DNA of 64,000 nucleotides, taken from Acidimicrobiales bacterium. GTDB lineage: Bacteria > Actinomycetota > Acidimicrobiia > Acidimicrobiales > JAJPHD01. The stretch is taken from assembly GCA_039583695.1 (NCBI GenBank), contig JAVKSL010000003.1, positions 16,313 through 80,312 of the forward strand, read 5' to 3'. The notes beneath the pieces were generated by a model. It did no database searches, had not been told where the DNA came from, and was given only the letters and a program-made list of their open reading frames with translations. Positions 1 through 8,448 of the stretch are shown piece after piece. How positions within the stretch are numbered: the stretch's first letter is position 1; the number at the start of each line of letters is the position of its first letter. Position numbers and translations under genes: made by a program.

Positions 1-139
1 TGTTCCCGACCACGATGGGCCCGCACTGGGCCAGCGCAGCGTGGTCGGGTCCACGGTGATGCTGGAGGCGGTTGAGTGCCTCGACCCTCCTGCGGGCGCG
101 CTGCACGTCTCGATCCATGGCGCCTGCGATCCCACACAT
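1..139 (-). CDS. asparagine synthase (glutamine-hydrolysing)-like amidotransferase, 5' end only (gene continues past left edge)
   Basis: Reverse translation from ATG at 139 gives MCGIAGAMDRDVQRARRRVEALNRLQHHRGPDHAALAQCGPIVVGN. Met-Cys-Gly-Ile-Ala-Gly is the class-II glutamine amidotransferase N-terminus with the Cys2 nucleophile. Absent from the ORF track because it is truncated. It starts 3 nt after the fnlC stop. Confidence 0.55.
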   Translation of the reverse strand, partial: MCGIAGAMDRDVQRARRRVEALNRLQHHRGPDHAALAQCGPIVVGN

Positions 140-141
140 GG

Positions 142-1326
142 TCAGCCCCTCGCCATGTCGGGATCCGACGTACCCACGTTGGATGGGTCCGGAGCACCGG
201 ACTGTCCGCCGCCGTATGGCCGCCGACGTATCCCTGCCCATTCGTGGTGCACGTGAACGGTGGATCGGATGAAGTTGACCACCCGCTGGGAGCAGTTGCG
301 AACCAGGTAGTCGCTCGGCACCGGCGGCACGTCGCCGGAGCACCGCTGGGCCACCACGAGGTCGACGGCGTCGAGCACCACGCCGGCGTCGAGGCCTGTG
401 GTTATCATCCCGGCGGTCTCCACAGCCTCCGGTCGTTCGATCGTGTCACGCAGCGTGACTGCGGGAAAGCCGAGTATCGAAGACTCTTCGCTGACGGTCC
501 CGCTGTCGGAGAGGACGCAAAAGGCTCCTTGTTGGAGCTTGACGTAGTCGAAGAAACCGAATGGCTTGTGGAATGCCAGGCCCTGTGGGGCACCGCCGAG
601 CCCTTCCATGCGCTTGCGGGTACGAGGATGCGTGGAGACCACGACGGGTCGCTCGTAGCGGCGGGAGACGGCCGTGAGGGTCGAGAGCAGTTCCCGCAAG
701 CGAACCGGGTCATCGACAGTCTCCTCTCGGTGGGCGCTCACCAGCAGGTAGCCACCCGGGTCCAGTTGCAGGCGCTCCAGGACTGTCGAGTGCTCGAAGT
801 CGCCCCGGTAGTGCTCGAGCACCTCGGCCATCGGCGACCCGCTCAACATAATCCGGCGGCTGGGGAGGCCCTCCGCCAACAGGTTGCGGCGCGCGTGCTC
901 GGTGTAGACCAGGTTGAAGTCGGCGATGTGGTCAATCATCCGGCGATTGGTCTCTTCGGGGACGTTGGCGTCGAAGCAGCGGTTGCCGGCCTCCATGTGG
1001 TACACGGGCACCTGCAGGCGCTTGGCCATGAGCGCGGCAATGCAGGAGTTGGTGTCGCCCAGCACCAGGAGGGCGTCAGGGCGCAGGTCGTGGAGTGCTT
1101 CCTCGATGCCGACGAGGGCGCCGCCCAGGAATCGTCCCAAGGTGGTGGTGTCGACCCCCAGATACCGGTCCGGGGGCCGCAGGCCCAGCTCGTCGAAGAA
1201 GATCTGGTTGAGCTCGTAGTCGAAGTTCTGCCCTGTGTGAACCAGCACGTGATCGAAGCTCGCATCGAGGCGGTGAATGGTCCGAGACAGCCGGATGACC
1301 TCCGGTCGCGTGCCCACCACGGTCAT
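142..1326 (-). CDS. fnlC: UDP-2-acetamido-2,6-dideoxy-hexose / UDP-GlcNAc 2-epimerase, non-hydrolysing (FnlC/CapG type)
   Basis: Lies inside ORF 142..2043(-); the real start is ATG 1326 (MTVVGTRPEVIRLSR). Motifs HTGQNFDYELNQIFF and HMEAGNRCFDANVPEETNRR match the CapG/FnlC family. The upstream 240 codons of the ORF are Arg/Pro/Gly-rich junk that overlaps the neighbouring gene. Confidence 0.8.
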   Translation of the reverse strand: MTVVGTRPEVIRLSRTIHRLDASFDHVLVHTGQNFDYELNQIFFDELGLRPPDRYLGVDTTTLGRFLGGALVGIEEALHDLRPDALLVLGDTNSCIAALMAKRLQVPVYHMEAGNRCFDANVPEETNRRMIDHIADFNLVYTEHARRNLLAEGLPSRRIMLSGSPMAEVLEHYRGDFEHSTVLERLQLDPGGYLLVSAHREETVDDPVRLRELLSTLTAVSRRYERPVVVSTHPRTRKRMEGLGGAPQGLAFHKPFGFFDYVKLQQGAFCVLSDSGTVSEESSILGFPAVTLRDTIERPEAVETAGMITTGLDAGVVLDAVDLVVAQRCSGDVPPVPSDYLVRNCSQRVVNFIRSTVHVHHEWAGIRRRPYGGGQSGAPDPSNVGTSDPDMARG

Positions 1327-1355
1327 GACCCGTGGCTGGGGCCGCCGGGGTTCGG

Positions 1356-2297
1356 TCACGCGCAGGCCAGCCAGGAAAAATAGGCGTCCGGATCGAAAGG
1401 CCCCGGGTCGGGCTCCGGGCGATGCTCCGCCGCTTGCCTGACTGCGTCCGCCAAGGCGTCGGGGTCCTCGGCGGTGTATCCGACGAGGGCTTCCCCCGCC
1501 ACCTCCCGGTTCTGTGGCGTGTCCTTGGCGATGACCGGGACACCCGCGGCACGGGCCTCGGCCAGCGGGTAGCAGAAGGACTCGAGGGCGTACGGGACAT
1601 AGCCGGCTACTGCCTGTGCCCAGAGCTGGTCCATCTGCTCCAGGCTCTGGAGCCCGATGGGCTCGACCAGGGCGTGCGCGGACAGGCGCGGCAGGTCGGC
1701 AGGACAAGCCGTGACCTTCACGGTAAAGGGCAGCCCACAGCGGTCCAGGGCGTCGACCAGAAGGGCCAGGCCGGTCTCGAGGTCCTTGTGGGTGGCGGGG
1801 ATGCTCGGGTACAAGACGTAGGGATCCGCCGGGCCCTGGGAGCGGGAGAAGCGCGCGCTGAGCGGATGGAGGCGGACGCAGAGGCGCCGGCTGACGGCAG
1901 GCACCGCGGCCATCACCCGCTCGGCCATGCCGGTGCTGGGCACCACCACCCGGTCGGCTCGGCGAGCCAGGGCGCGCACGACGGGGACCTCGCGGCGCAG
2001 GCTCGAGGAAAGCCCCGGAATGCTCGAAGCCTCCCCAGGCCATAGGAAGTGCAGAGCGTTGCGGAGAAGGACCACCCGCTCGCCTCGACCGCTGACGAAG
2101 CTGACGTTGTTGGCGGCGATGCGGCGGCCGCCCCGGCCCACCAGCTCACGGCGGGCGAGCCAGCGGGGCTCGACCCTCTGGCCGGACCCGATCAGGCGCA
2201 CCTCGGCCTCGGGATGCCGCGCCACCCAGGCCTCGACCTCCCGCCGCCATCGGGCCGCGCCACCGGTGGTGGCCCCCGCCACGTCGATGGTCGTCAC
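1356..2297 (-). CDS. glycosyltransferase (GT-B fold, GT4-like)
   Basis: GTG start at 2297 shares GTGA with the fnlB stop (VTTIDVAGATTGG...). The C-terminal half reads ...YVPYALESFCYPLAEARAAGVPVIAKD..., a GT4-type E-x7-E region. The rest of track ORF 1356..2672 is out-of-gene extension. Confidence 0.65.
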   Translation of the reverse strand: MTTIDVAGATTGGAARWRREVEAWVARHPEAEVRLIGSGQRVEPRWLARRELVGRGGRRIAANNVSFVSGRGERVVLLRNALHFLWPGEASSIPGLSSSLRREVPVVRALARRADRVVVPSTGMAERVMAAVPAVSRRLCVRLHPLSARFSRSQGPADPYVLYPSIPATHKDLETGLALLVDALDRCGLPFTVKVTACPADLPRLSAHALVEPIGLQSLEQMDQLWAQAVAGYVPYALESFCYPLAEARAAGVPVIAKDTPQNREVAGEALVGYTAEDPDALADAVRQAAEHRPEPDPGPFDPDAYFSWLACA

Positions 2298-3400
2298 ACC
2301 ACCTCCGCGAACGTGTCGGGGTCGGCCGGGTCGTAGATCTCGTTGGCCCAGAAGATGGTGGAAAGCGGTTCGCCACCGGTGTTGGTCAGGTTGTGGGTAT
2401 GAAGAGTGGGCATGTCCACCGCCACCGGCTGGTTGCCGGTGACGTCGAAGCTGGCCACCGGTCCCCCCCAGACTGGGCGGATCGCGATGCGGGCCTGGCC
2501 GGACACCACCAGGAATCGCTCCACCTTGCGCAGGTGGAAGTGGTTGCCCCGGGTTACGCCTACCCCAGTGGTGGAGTAGGACGACTGGGAGGCGCCGCCG
2601 AGCGCCTGGCTGGTCTCGACGAAGGTGCCCCGGGCGTCGGTGTGGGAAAGGAGGGGGAGGGGAAACGCCCACGGGTGGAGGAAGGATCGGTAGGTGTTGA
2701 ACAGCCGCAGGGTGAAGGGGTCGCCGAGGTGGGGGAAGCGACCGCCACGGTAGGCGCTCGCCAGGCCCTCCAGCCTGCCCAGGACGGCTGACACCGTGGT
2801 CGGGGTGCCCGCAGGTCGCAGCGTGCCGGCCCGCGCCCCCGTTGCCAGGTGCTCCACGACGAGCGCGGCGGCGTCTTGGGCGTGGAGCAGCTCCAGGTCA
2901 CGGTCCACGTCGATCCTCGGGGTCTGTCCGCGGGCCAGCTGGTGGCAGAAGGTGGCCACGAAGGAGTTGTACTCCGGCCGCCCGCTCTCGCCGTAGAGGT
3001 TGGGCAGGACCAGGTCCACGTAGGGCGCACCCGCCCGGCCCGCCCATTGCGAGAGGATGTCCGAGGCCCGGGCCTTCCCCCGCCCGTAGGGGCTAGCGGT
3101 GCCGGCCTGCACGGAGTTTGCGAACACCAGCCGCTGAGTCCCGCCGACCTTGGCCAGCATCGCGGCCAGCCGCTCGGACGTCTCCACGTTGCCGGACTCC
3201 ACCACCTCGGGCGCCCCTCGGTTCACCCCTGCCAGGTGCACCACGGCGTCGGTGCCCGCAAGGGCGTCCAGCAGGGAGCTGTCGTCGGCGAACACCGCAC
3301 GTGGGATGCACACGATCTCGTCGCCGGGGCGCAGCGCCCGCAGGCGCACGCGGAGGTGGCGCCCGAGGAACCCGGCCGATCCCGTGACGGCGATCCTCAC
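2294..3400 (-). CDS. fnlB: bifunctional SDR reductase/epimerase with C-terminal cupin (FnlB/CapF type)
   Basis: GTG at 3400 overlaps the fnlA stop (GTGA). N-terminus VRIAVTGSAGFLGRHL is a Rossmann GxxGxxG. The C-terminal ~110 aa (GVTRGNHFHLRKVERFLVVSGQARIAI...) is a cupin barrel, matching the CapF architecture. Confidence 0.8.
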   Translation of the reverse strand: MRIAVTGSAGFLGRHLRVRLRALRPGDEIVCIPRAVFADDSSLLDALAGTDAVVHLAGVNRGAPEVVESGNVETSERLAAMLAKVGGTQRLVFANSVQAGTASPYGRGKARASDILSQWAGRAGAPYVDLVLPNLYGESGRPEYNSFVATFCHQLARGQTPRIDVDRDLELLHAQDAAALVVEHLATGARAGTLRPAGTPTTVSAVLGRLEGLASAYRGGRFPHLGDPFTLRLFNTYRSFLHPWAFPLPLLSHTDARGTFVETSQALGGASQSSYSTTGVGVTRGNHFHLRKVERFLVVSGQARIAIRPVWGGPVASFDVTGNQPVAVDMPTLHTHNLTNTGGEPLSTIFWANEIYDPADPDTFAEVV

Positions 3401-4473
3401 TGCGAGACGCCTTCGAGGGTCGGATCGGCATCGACCGCCAGGACCGGACGGCCCGCGCGGGCCAGCTCCCCGCGGATCTCGGGGAGGCTGAGCAGCAGGG
3501 CCTCGACCTCTGCAACGTCGAGCTGGCGAGTGGAGGCGGAGTCGTAGTCGCGGCTCACTGCCACCTGCGGGTCCCCCTCCTCGAAGTAGGGCGCGTAGTC
3601 GAGCCCTCGGGCGTCCAGGGCGACGCGGAAGTAGTCCGGGCCGTCGGTGCTGCGGCTCAGCTCCTCGCCGGTGGCCAGGGTCTCGTGGAGCTTCTCGCCG
3701 TGGCGTACGCCGATCGTGCGGATCACAGGGGTCACGCCGAACAGGTTGCCGAGCGCCGTGACCAGCCGCCCGATGGTCGTCGCCGGCGCCTTGCGGATGA
3801 ACAGCTCCCCGGGCTCGCCGCTGGTGAAGGCGTGCTCGACCAGGTCCACGGACTGGGCGAGGGTCATCATGAACCGCGTCATCGACGCCTCCGTGACGGT
3901 CACCGTCGCCGACGAGGTGAGCTGGCGGACGAACAGCGGGATGACGGACCCGCGTGAGTACATCACGTTGCCGTAGCGGACCAGGCACACCGTCGTCCCT
4001 GACTCCGGGTGGCTGCGGGCGAAGGCCTGGGCGGTCTTTTCCATCAGCGCCTTGCTCATGCCCATGGCGTTGACGGGGTAGACCGCCTTGTCGGTGCTCA
4101 GGCACACCACGCTACGCGCCCCGGCTCGGTGCGCAGCCTCGATCACGTTGCTGCTGCCGAGCACGTTGGTCTGGACGGCCTGGAGTGGGAAGAACTCGCA
4201 AGAGGGGACCTGCTTGAGGGCCGCCGCGTGGAATACATAATCCACCCCGGCCATGGCCTGCTCGACGCTGGCCGGGTCGCGCACGTCACCTAGGTAGAAG
4301 CGCAGGCGCGGGTCCGCCACGTCGTGGCGCATCTGGTCCTGCTTGGCCTCGTCCCGGCTGAGGACACGGATCTCCACGCACGCACCGGTGAGCAGCTTGC
4401 GGGCCATGGTCGAGCCGAAGGATCCTGTCCCTCCAGTTATGAGCACGGTCGCTCCAGCCAGATCGGCCGACAC
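3397..4473 (-). CDS. fnlA: UDP-GlcNAc 4,6-dehydratase/5-epimerase (FnlA/CapE/WbjB type)
   Basis: LITGGTGSFGS Rossmann motif. NAMGMSKALMEK carries the M-x-x-x-K signature of CapE/FnlA in place of YxxxK. The start is uncertain: GTG 4473 is preferred because it clears the upstream stop at 4499, and the ORF track start is 4539. Confidence 0.85.
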   Translation of the reverse strand: MSADLAGATVLITGGTGSFGSTMARKLLTGACVEIRVLSRDEAKQDQMRHDVADPRLRFYLGDVRDPASVEQAMAGVDYVFHAAALKQVPSCEFFPLQAVQTNVLGSSNVIEAAHRAGARSVVCLSTDKAVYPVNAMGMSKALMEKTAQAFARSHPESGTTVCLVRYGNVMYSRGSVIPLFVRQLTSSATVTVTEASMTRFMMTLAQSVDLVEHAFTSGEPGELFIRKAPATTIGRLVTALGNLFGVTPVIRTIGVRHGEKLHETLATGEELSRSTDGPDYFRVALDARGLDYAPYFEEGDPQVAVSRDYDSASTRQLDVAEVEALLLSLPEIRGELARAGRPVLAVDADPTLEGVSQ

Positions 4474-4498
4474 CGCCGTTTTCTCGTGACGGCACTCC

Positions 4499-5755
4499 TC
4501 AGGCGGCACGTGCGCCCCGCTCTGCTGCCATCTGCGCAAGGATCCCCTCGACGGCGTCTACCCCCCGGTCCAATGCAAAGTGCTCCTCATAGTGGGCTCT
4601 GGCCATCCGACCCCGTTCGTCCAGCTGCGTCCGGCTCTCCGATTGAGCCCTGCGGATGGCATCTTCGAGGTCCTCAACCCCCGCGGGCCTGGCTGTCCAG
4701 CCAGCCCCGGATTCGGACACGATGCTGGCAACGTCGCCCACTGCGCAGGCCAGGACAGGACGACCCGAGGCCAGGATGGCCGGCACCTTGCTCGGCATGG
4801 TCATCGCCGACAGCGAATCGTCGCTGAGGCTCACCAGGATTGCGCTCGCCACCGAGACAAGGCGGCCCATGTCCGCGCCTGGCCACCGCCCAAGGAAGGT
4901 CACATTAGTCAAGCCAAGTGTCTCGGCTCGCTGCCTGAGCTCGTCCTCGGCTGTGCCTGATCCGGCGATGAGACAGCGAAAACCTGGCAGGTTCATAACC
5001 CGGGAGCAGGCATCCAGCAGCACGTCGAGCCCTTGGGCGTGGCCCAGGTTCCCGGCGTAGAGGAGGGTGAAGCCGTCGCTCACGCCGAGGTCGTTGGCGA
5101 GCGCCATGTCCGGGATCCTCGGGTAGTAAACGGACTCGTCAGCCCACACCGGGATGTAGTGAAGCTTGTCGCGCGGGACGCCACGCTCGACCAGGACATC
5201 GACGATGCCTGGTGAGATACAGGCGATCGCGGTAGCCTTCCGGTAGGTGCTCTGGCACCAGCGCCCCAGGGCCGTCTCGAGGAGCCGGTAGGAGTGCTCG
5301 CGGGCCATACCGCTGAATGCGATGCTGTCGGGCCATAGGTCCATCACGTGCAGCAGGTGCGGCACGCGCCAGAGTGCGCTCGCAAGAGCGCTCGGCAGTC
5401 CCACCGTGGCCGGTGAGTTGTACACCCAGAAGGCGTCGACACCCCGCAGCGCACCGAGCCCGCTGACGGTTGCACTGGCGGCAAACGACCCATAGTTGAG
5501 AAAGCGTCGCCACTCGGAGCGATCGTGGCTGGGGTACAGGGCTACCCGACGGATCCGCTCGCCTGCCTCGCCAACCTCGTTTGTCACCGGTCGCATCTTG
5601 TAGCCGGGATAGAGCTGTCCGGTGGGGTAGTTGGGAAGGCCGGTGAGCACCGTCACGTCATGAGATCGGGCAGCCAGAGCGCGAGCCAGGACTGTGGGCA
5701 CTGCCGCGGCACCGGGCTCCGGGGCATACCACTGCGAGAGCAAACCGATCTTCAA
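4499..5755 (-). CDS. GT4 glycosyltransferase, WbuB-like (candidate L-FucNAc-type transferase)
   Basis: TTG at 5755 sits in a TTGA overlap with the upstream stop. N-terminus LKIGLLSQWYAPEPGAAAVP is WbuB-like. C-terminal GT4 core: LLYAGNLGHAQGLD...MPSKVPAILASGRPVLA. Confidence 0.75.
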   Translation of the reverse strand: MKIGLLSQWYAPEPGAAAVPTVLARALAARSHDVTVLTGLPNYPTGQLYPGYKMRPVTNEVGEAGERIRRVALYPSHDRSEWRRFLNYGSFAASATVSGLGALRGVDAFWVYNSPATVGLPSALASALWRVPHLLHVMDLWPDSIAFSGMAREHSYRLLETALGRWCQSTYRKATAIACISPGIVDVLVERGVPRDKLHYIPVWADESVYYPRIPDMALANDLGVSDGFTLLYAGNLGHAQGLDVLLDACSRVMNLPGFRCLIAGSGTAEDELRQRAETLGLTNVTFLGRWPGADMGRLVSVASAILVSLSDDSLSAMTMPSKVPAILASGRPVLACAVGDVASIVSESGAGWTARPAGVEDLEDAIRRAQSESRTQLDERGRMARAHYEEHFALDRGVDAVEGILAQMAAERGARAA

Positions 5756-6702
5756 GACGGGATACCCCCTGCCACCTTGGCCGCTAAGCGCTCCCAGGAA
5801 TCTTTGGCAGCCGGCGGCACGAAACCCTGATGGCTTAGCCAACCGGCTACCTGCGCCTGGCCGCACCACAGCAGCTCCAGGCGCCGACGGTAAGCGTAGA
5901 AGGGCTCCCGCGTGCCCAACCGGCGAGCTGGGCAGAGCACGGTCCTGGCCAGCAGGGTTGGCACCTGCCTGGGCTCATGACCACCGAGAAGCCGAAGGAA
6001 GCTACGTGTGGTCCAGCCCTCCCAAGGTTGGAGAACGACCGGAGGGGGTTGGCGCGTCAAATTGCAGAGATAGGCCACCGCCGCCGCGACGTTCTCCACC
6101 AGGACCTGGGGCGTCGGGGCATCGCCGGGGGCCATCACTGTAGCCAGGGGGGATCGCGCCAAACGGGCCAGGCTCCGGGTCAGTGATCGCTGCGGGCCGT
6201 GGACTGAGGTAGGCCGCAGGATGACGGCACTGCTGGCAGGTCGTGTCACCATCGCGGCAGCGATGCCCTGTTCACCGAGGGCCTTGACTCTCGCGTAGGC
6301 CGAACCGAGCTCGAACGTCGGCATCTCGTCCAACGGGGCCCGAGTGCCCTGGACCGCCGCTGAGCTGACATGGACAAATCGTCGGACGCTGGCCTTGGTG
6401 CAGGCCTGTGCCACCAAGGCGGGCATGACGGCGTTAGCTCCTGTCAGCCTGGCGCGGTCCATTCCCGTCGGCGTGGGGAGACCAGCGGCGTTCACGACGG
6501 CGTCGGCTCCATGCACAGCACTGACAAGGTTGGCTAGCACGCCGGCGTGTGCGGCCGCTGCCAGGAGGACCTCAGCGACATCTTTGCAGTCGGTTCGAAT
6601 CCGCGGAGCAACGAGAGGGTGGACAGCCCATCCCTGTGCAGTGAGCTCGGTGCACACTGCTGCGCCGACGAAACCTCGAGCCCCGAGGACGACTACGTCC
6701 AT
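5752..6702 (-). CDS. NAD-dependent epimerase/dehydratase (SDR)
   Basis: MDVVVLGARGFVGAAV Rossmann motif. 316 aa. First gene of the minus-strand polysaccharide operon. Confidence 0.75.
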   Translation of the reverse strand: MDVVVLGARGFVGAAVCTELTAQGWAVHPLVAPRIRTDCKDVAEVLLAAAAHAGVLANLVSAVHGADAVVNAAGLPTPTGMDRARLTGANAVMPALVAQACTKASVRRFVHVSSAAVQGTRAPLDEMPTFELGSAYARVKALGEQGIAAAMVTRPASSAVILRPTSVHGPQRSLTRSLARLARSPLATVMAPGDAPTPQVLVENVAAAVAYLCNLTRQPPPVVLQPWEGWTTRSFLRLLGGHEPRQVPTLLARTVLCPARRLGTREPFYAYRRRLELLWCGQAQVAGWLSHQGFVPPAAKDSWERLAAKVAGGIPS

Positions 6703-7051
6703 CGGTGACGCTGAGCCGGGCGGCTGCCGATGTCACCATGCAGCGCCAACACCGCCAAACTGGTCGTGATCCTGATAACGCAGGCGAGGAACGCGAACCG
6801 CCGCCGGCTCCACGCCACGCGCAACCCTGTGTATCCCACCAACCCGTTGCCCACCATTAACCCTTTACCCTTCTTTGACACCCCCCGTGGATATCCCCCA
6901 GCGCGCCACCCGTGAGAGGGCTCACGCTGCGCAACCGTAGCGTTACCTGTGGGGGCGCGCAAGTACAATCGCGCGGCATCTAGATCACAACCCCCTGGGC
7001 GGCTCCGCAGCGGACCCGGTGCCCGACGACCGGGTCGGCGTATCCTGAGCC

Positions 7052-7315
7052 GTGGTGGACGATCTCGATGCCCTGGAGGCGGACCGGCTCATCAACCTGA
7101 CCTCCGGGGGGCTGGTGACCCAGGTCATCTCCGTCGCCGCCGCCCTCGGAGTCGCGGACGCTCTCGTAGGCGCTCCCGGCACCAGCGCCGAGGTGGCGGA
7201 GCGCTGTGGCGCCGATCCCACCAGCGTCCGCCGGCTCCTGAGTGCCCTCGCCGCGCTGGGCATCGTCGAGGCACTCGACGCCGATCTGCGCGCGTCACCG
7301 AGCACCCCGCCCGGG
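7052..7315 (+). pseudogene. O-methyltransferase N-terminal (dimerisation/wHTH) fragment
   Basis: MVDDLDALEADRLINLTSGGLVTQVISVAAALGVADALVGAPGTSAEVAERCGADPTSVRRLLSALAALGIVE is the N-terminal domain of family-2 O-methyltransferases. No SAM-binding domain follows, and the reading frame dissolves near 7315. Confidence 0.55.
7061..7162 (+). repeat. direct repeat copy 1 (~100 bp, O-methyltransferase 5' segment)
   Basis: gatctcgatgccctggaggcggaccggctcatcaacctgacctccggggggctggtgacccaggtcatctccgtcgccgccgccctcggagtcgcggacgct aligns with 9884-9982, with a few mismatches and one 3-nt indel. Confidence 0.7.
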
Positions 7316-7317
7316 GA

Positions 7318-7852
7318 GCGGGCCCACTGGTCGTCACCTATCGGGTCAGCGCCGGACGGCTCCCCGAGAGCCACTGGTATCACGACCGCCGCCAGGGGGG
7401 CTGGTTGGTGGGCGAGGTGTGCCACTTCATCGACACCTGCGGAGCCATCGTGGGCGCCGATCCCACCGAAGTCCATGCGATGGGCTCGGGCGGCCACGAG
7501 GCGGCGCTGGCCGACGGGATCATCGTGAGCCCGCGCTACCCAGGGGGCTCGCTCGCGGCTGTCACCTCCGCCAGCGCCGGCCACGCCCGCACGGAGAAGG
7601 AGGAGATCCAGGTGCTCGGCCGTGGGCACACCGCCTTGGTGAGCGACTTCCGCAAGGTGGTCCTGGACGGAAAGCCAACGGCTCTCGCATCACAGGACAA
7701 GGGACATGTGGGAGAGGCGCGTGCCTTCGCCCGGGCCATCGCCACCCCCGACCTGACCCCGGCGAGCGGCGATCGCATCGTCGCGGGCCGTCCTGGATGC
7801 GGTCTCGTCCCTGTGCCGCCTGGGCGACGGCCCCGAAGACCCAATGGCCTGA
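7318..7852 (+). pseudogene. Gfo/Idh/MocA-type (bi-domain) oxidoreductase, C-terminal fragment with a frameshift
   Basis: The frame of ORF 6949..9552 reads GPLVVTYRVSAGRLPESHWYHDRRQGGWLVGEVCHFIDTCGAIVG...EIQVLGRGHTALVSDFRKVVLDG. The last ~25 codons (AIASSRAVLDAVSSLCRLGDGPEDPMA*) are in another frame, implying a frameshift near 7770. The N-terminal two-thirds of the gene is missing. Confidence 0.55.
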
Positions 7853-7855
7853 GCG

Positions 7856-8422
7856 ATGCAGACCAGAGCCGCCAGCAACCTGAAAGATGCCGTCCGGGGA
7901 TTCTGGGAAGAGTCGTCCTGCGGAGAGATCTACGCCGAAGGCGGCTCGCTCCGCCGGCAGTTCGAGACCCACGCCGCCGCTCGCTACGCGCTCGAACCCT
8001 ACATCCGGGCCTTCGCCGGCTTCGACGGGCGGGGCAGGGACGTGTTGGAGATCGGTGTGGGGATGGGGGCGGACCACGTCGAGTGGGCGAGGAGCGAATC
8101 GATCGTCGGCTACATGCTCTGGGCCCGCTACGGCCTTGGCACCGGGCATCCGCGCCGGAGCCTGGCCGACATCTACGCGCAGCATCTGGAGAGCCCGGGG
8201 ACCAAGGGCTTCACCCTCGAGGAGGGCCGGGAGCTCGCGGCGGGGTTCTCGTCCGTGACGGTGTGGAGCGAGCTCGGCTTCGGCGACCTGTTGCAGGGCG
8301 AGGTCGGCGAGCGCCACCGTGGCCCTGTCCTGGAGATCGCGACCCGGGTCTGGCCCCGAGGCCTGATCAGGCGGGTCCTGCCGCATCACGGGCTCATGCT
8401 GTTGATCAGGGCGGTCAAGTAG
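7856..8422 (+). pseudogene. class I SAM-dependent methyltransferase with an in-frame internal deletion (ORF intact, catalytic core missing)
   Basis: The N-terminus (FWEESSCGEIYAEG...LEPYIRAFAGFDGRGRDVLEIGVGMGADH) and C-terminus (IVGYMLWARYGL...LADIYAQHLESPGTKGFTLEEG...LIRRVLPHHGLMLLIRAVK) match a family I know from polysaccharide loci. About 100 residues between GADH and the LVGYMLW segment (post-motif-I SAM core) are absent. Confidence 0.5.
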
Positions 8423-8448
8423 GGCTTCTCGGACCAGGTAGCGTCGCG

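Noticed and set aside
76-1383. 435-aa plus-strand ORF (and 1332..2045+, 2393..2791+ and similar) opposite the fnl operon
   Set aside because: These are typical high-GC shadow ORFs. They are Arg/Gly/Pro/His-rich, carry no motifs, and lie antisense to genes with unmistakable family signatures.
6590-6606. tRNA-like T-arm sequence GGTTCGAATCC
   Set aside because: It lies inside the SDR coding region. The flanking bases do not form a T-stem, acceptor stem or anticodon arm. It is a chance match.
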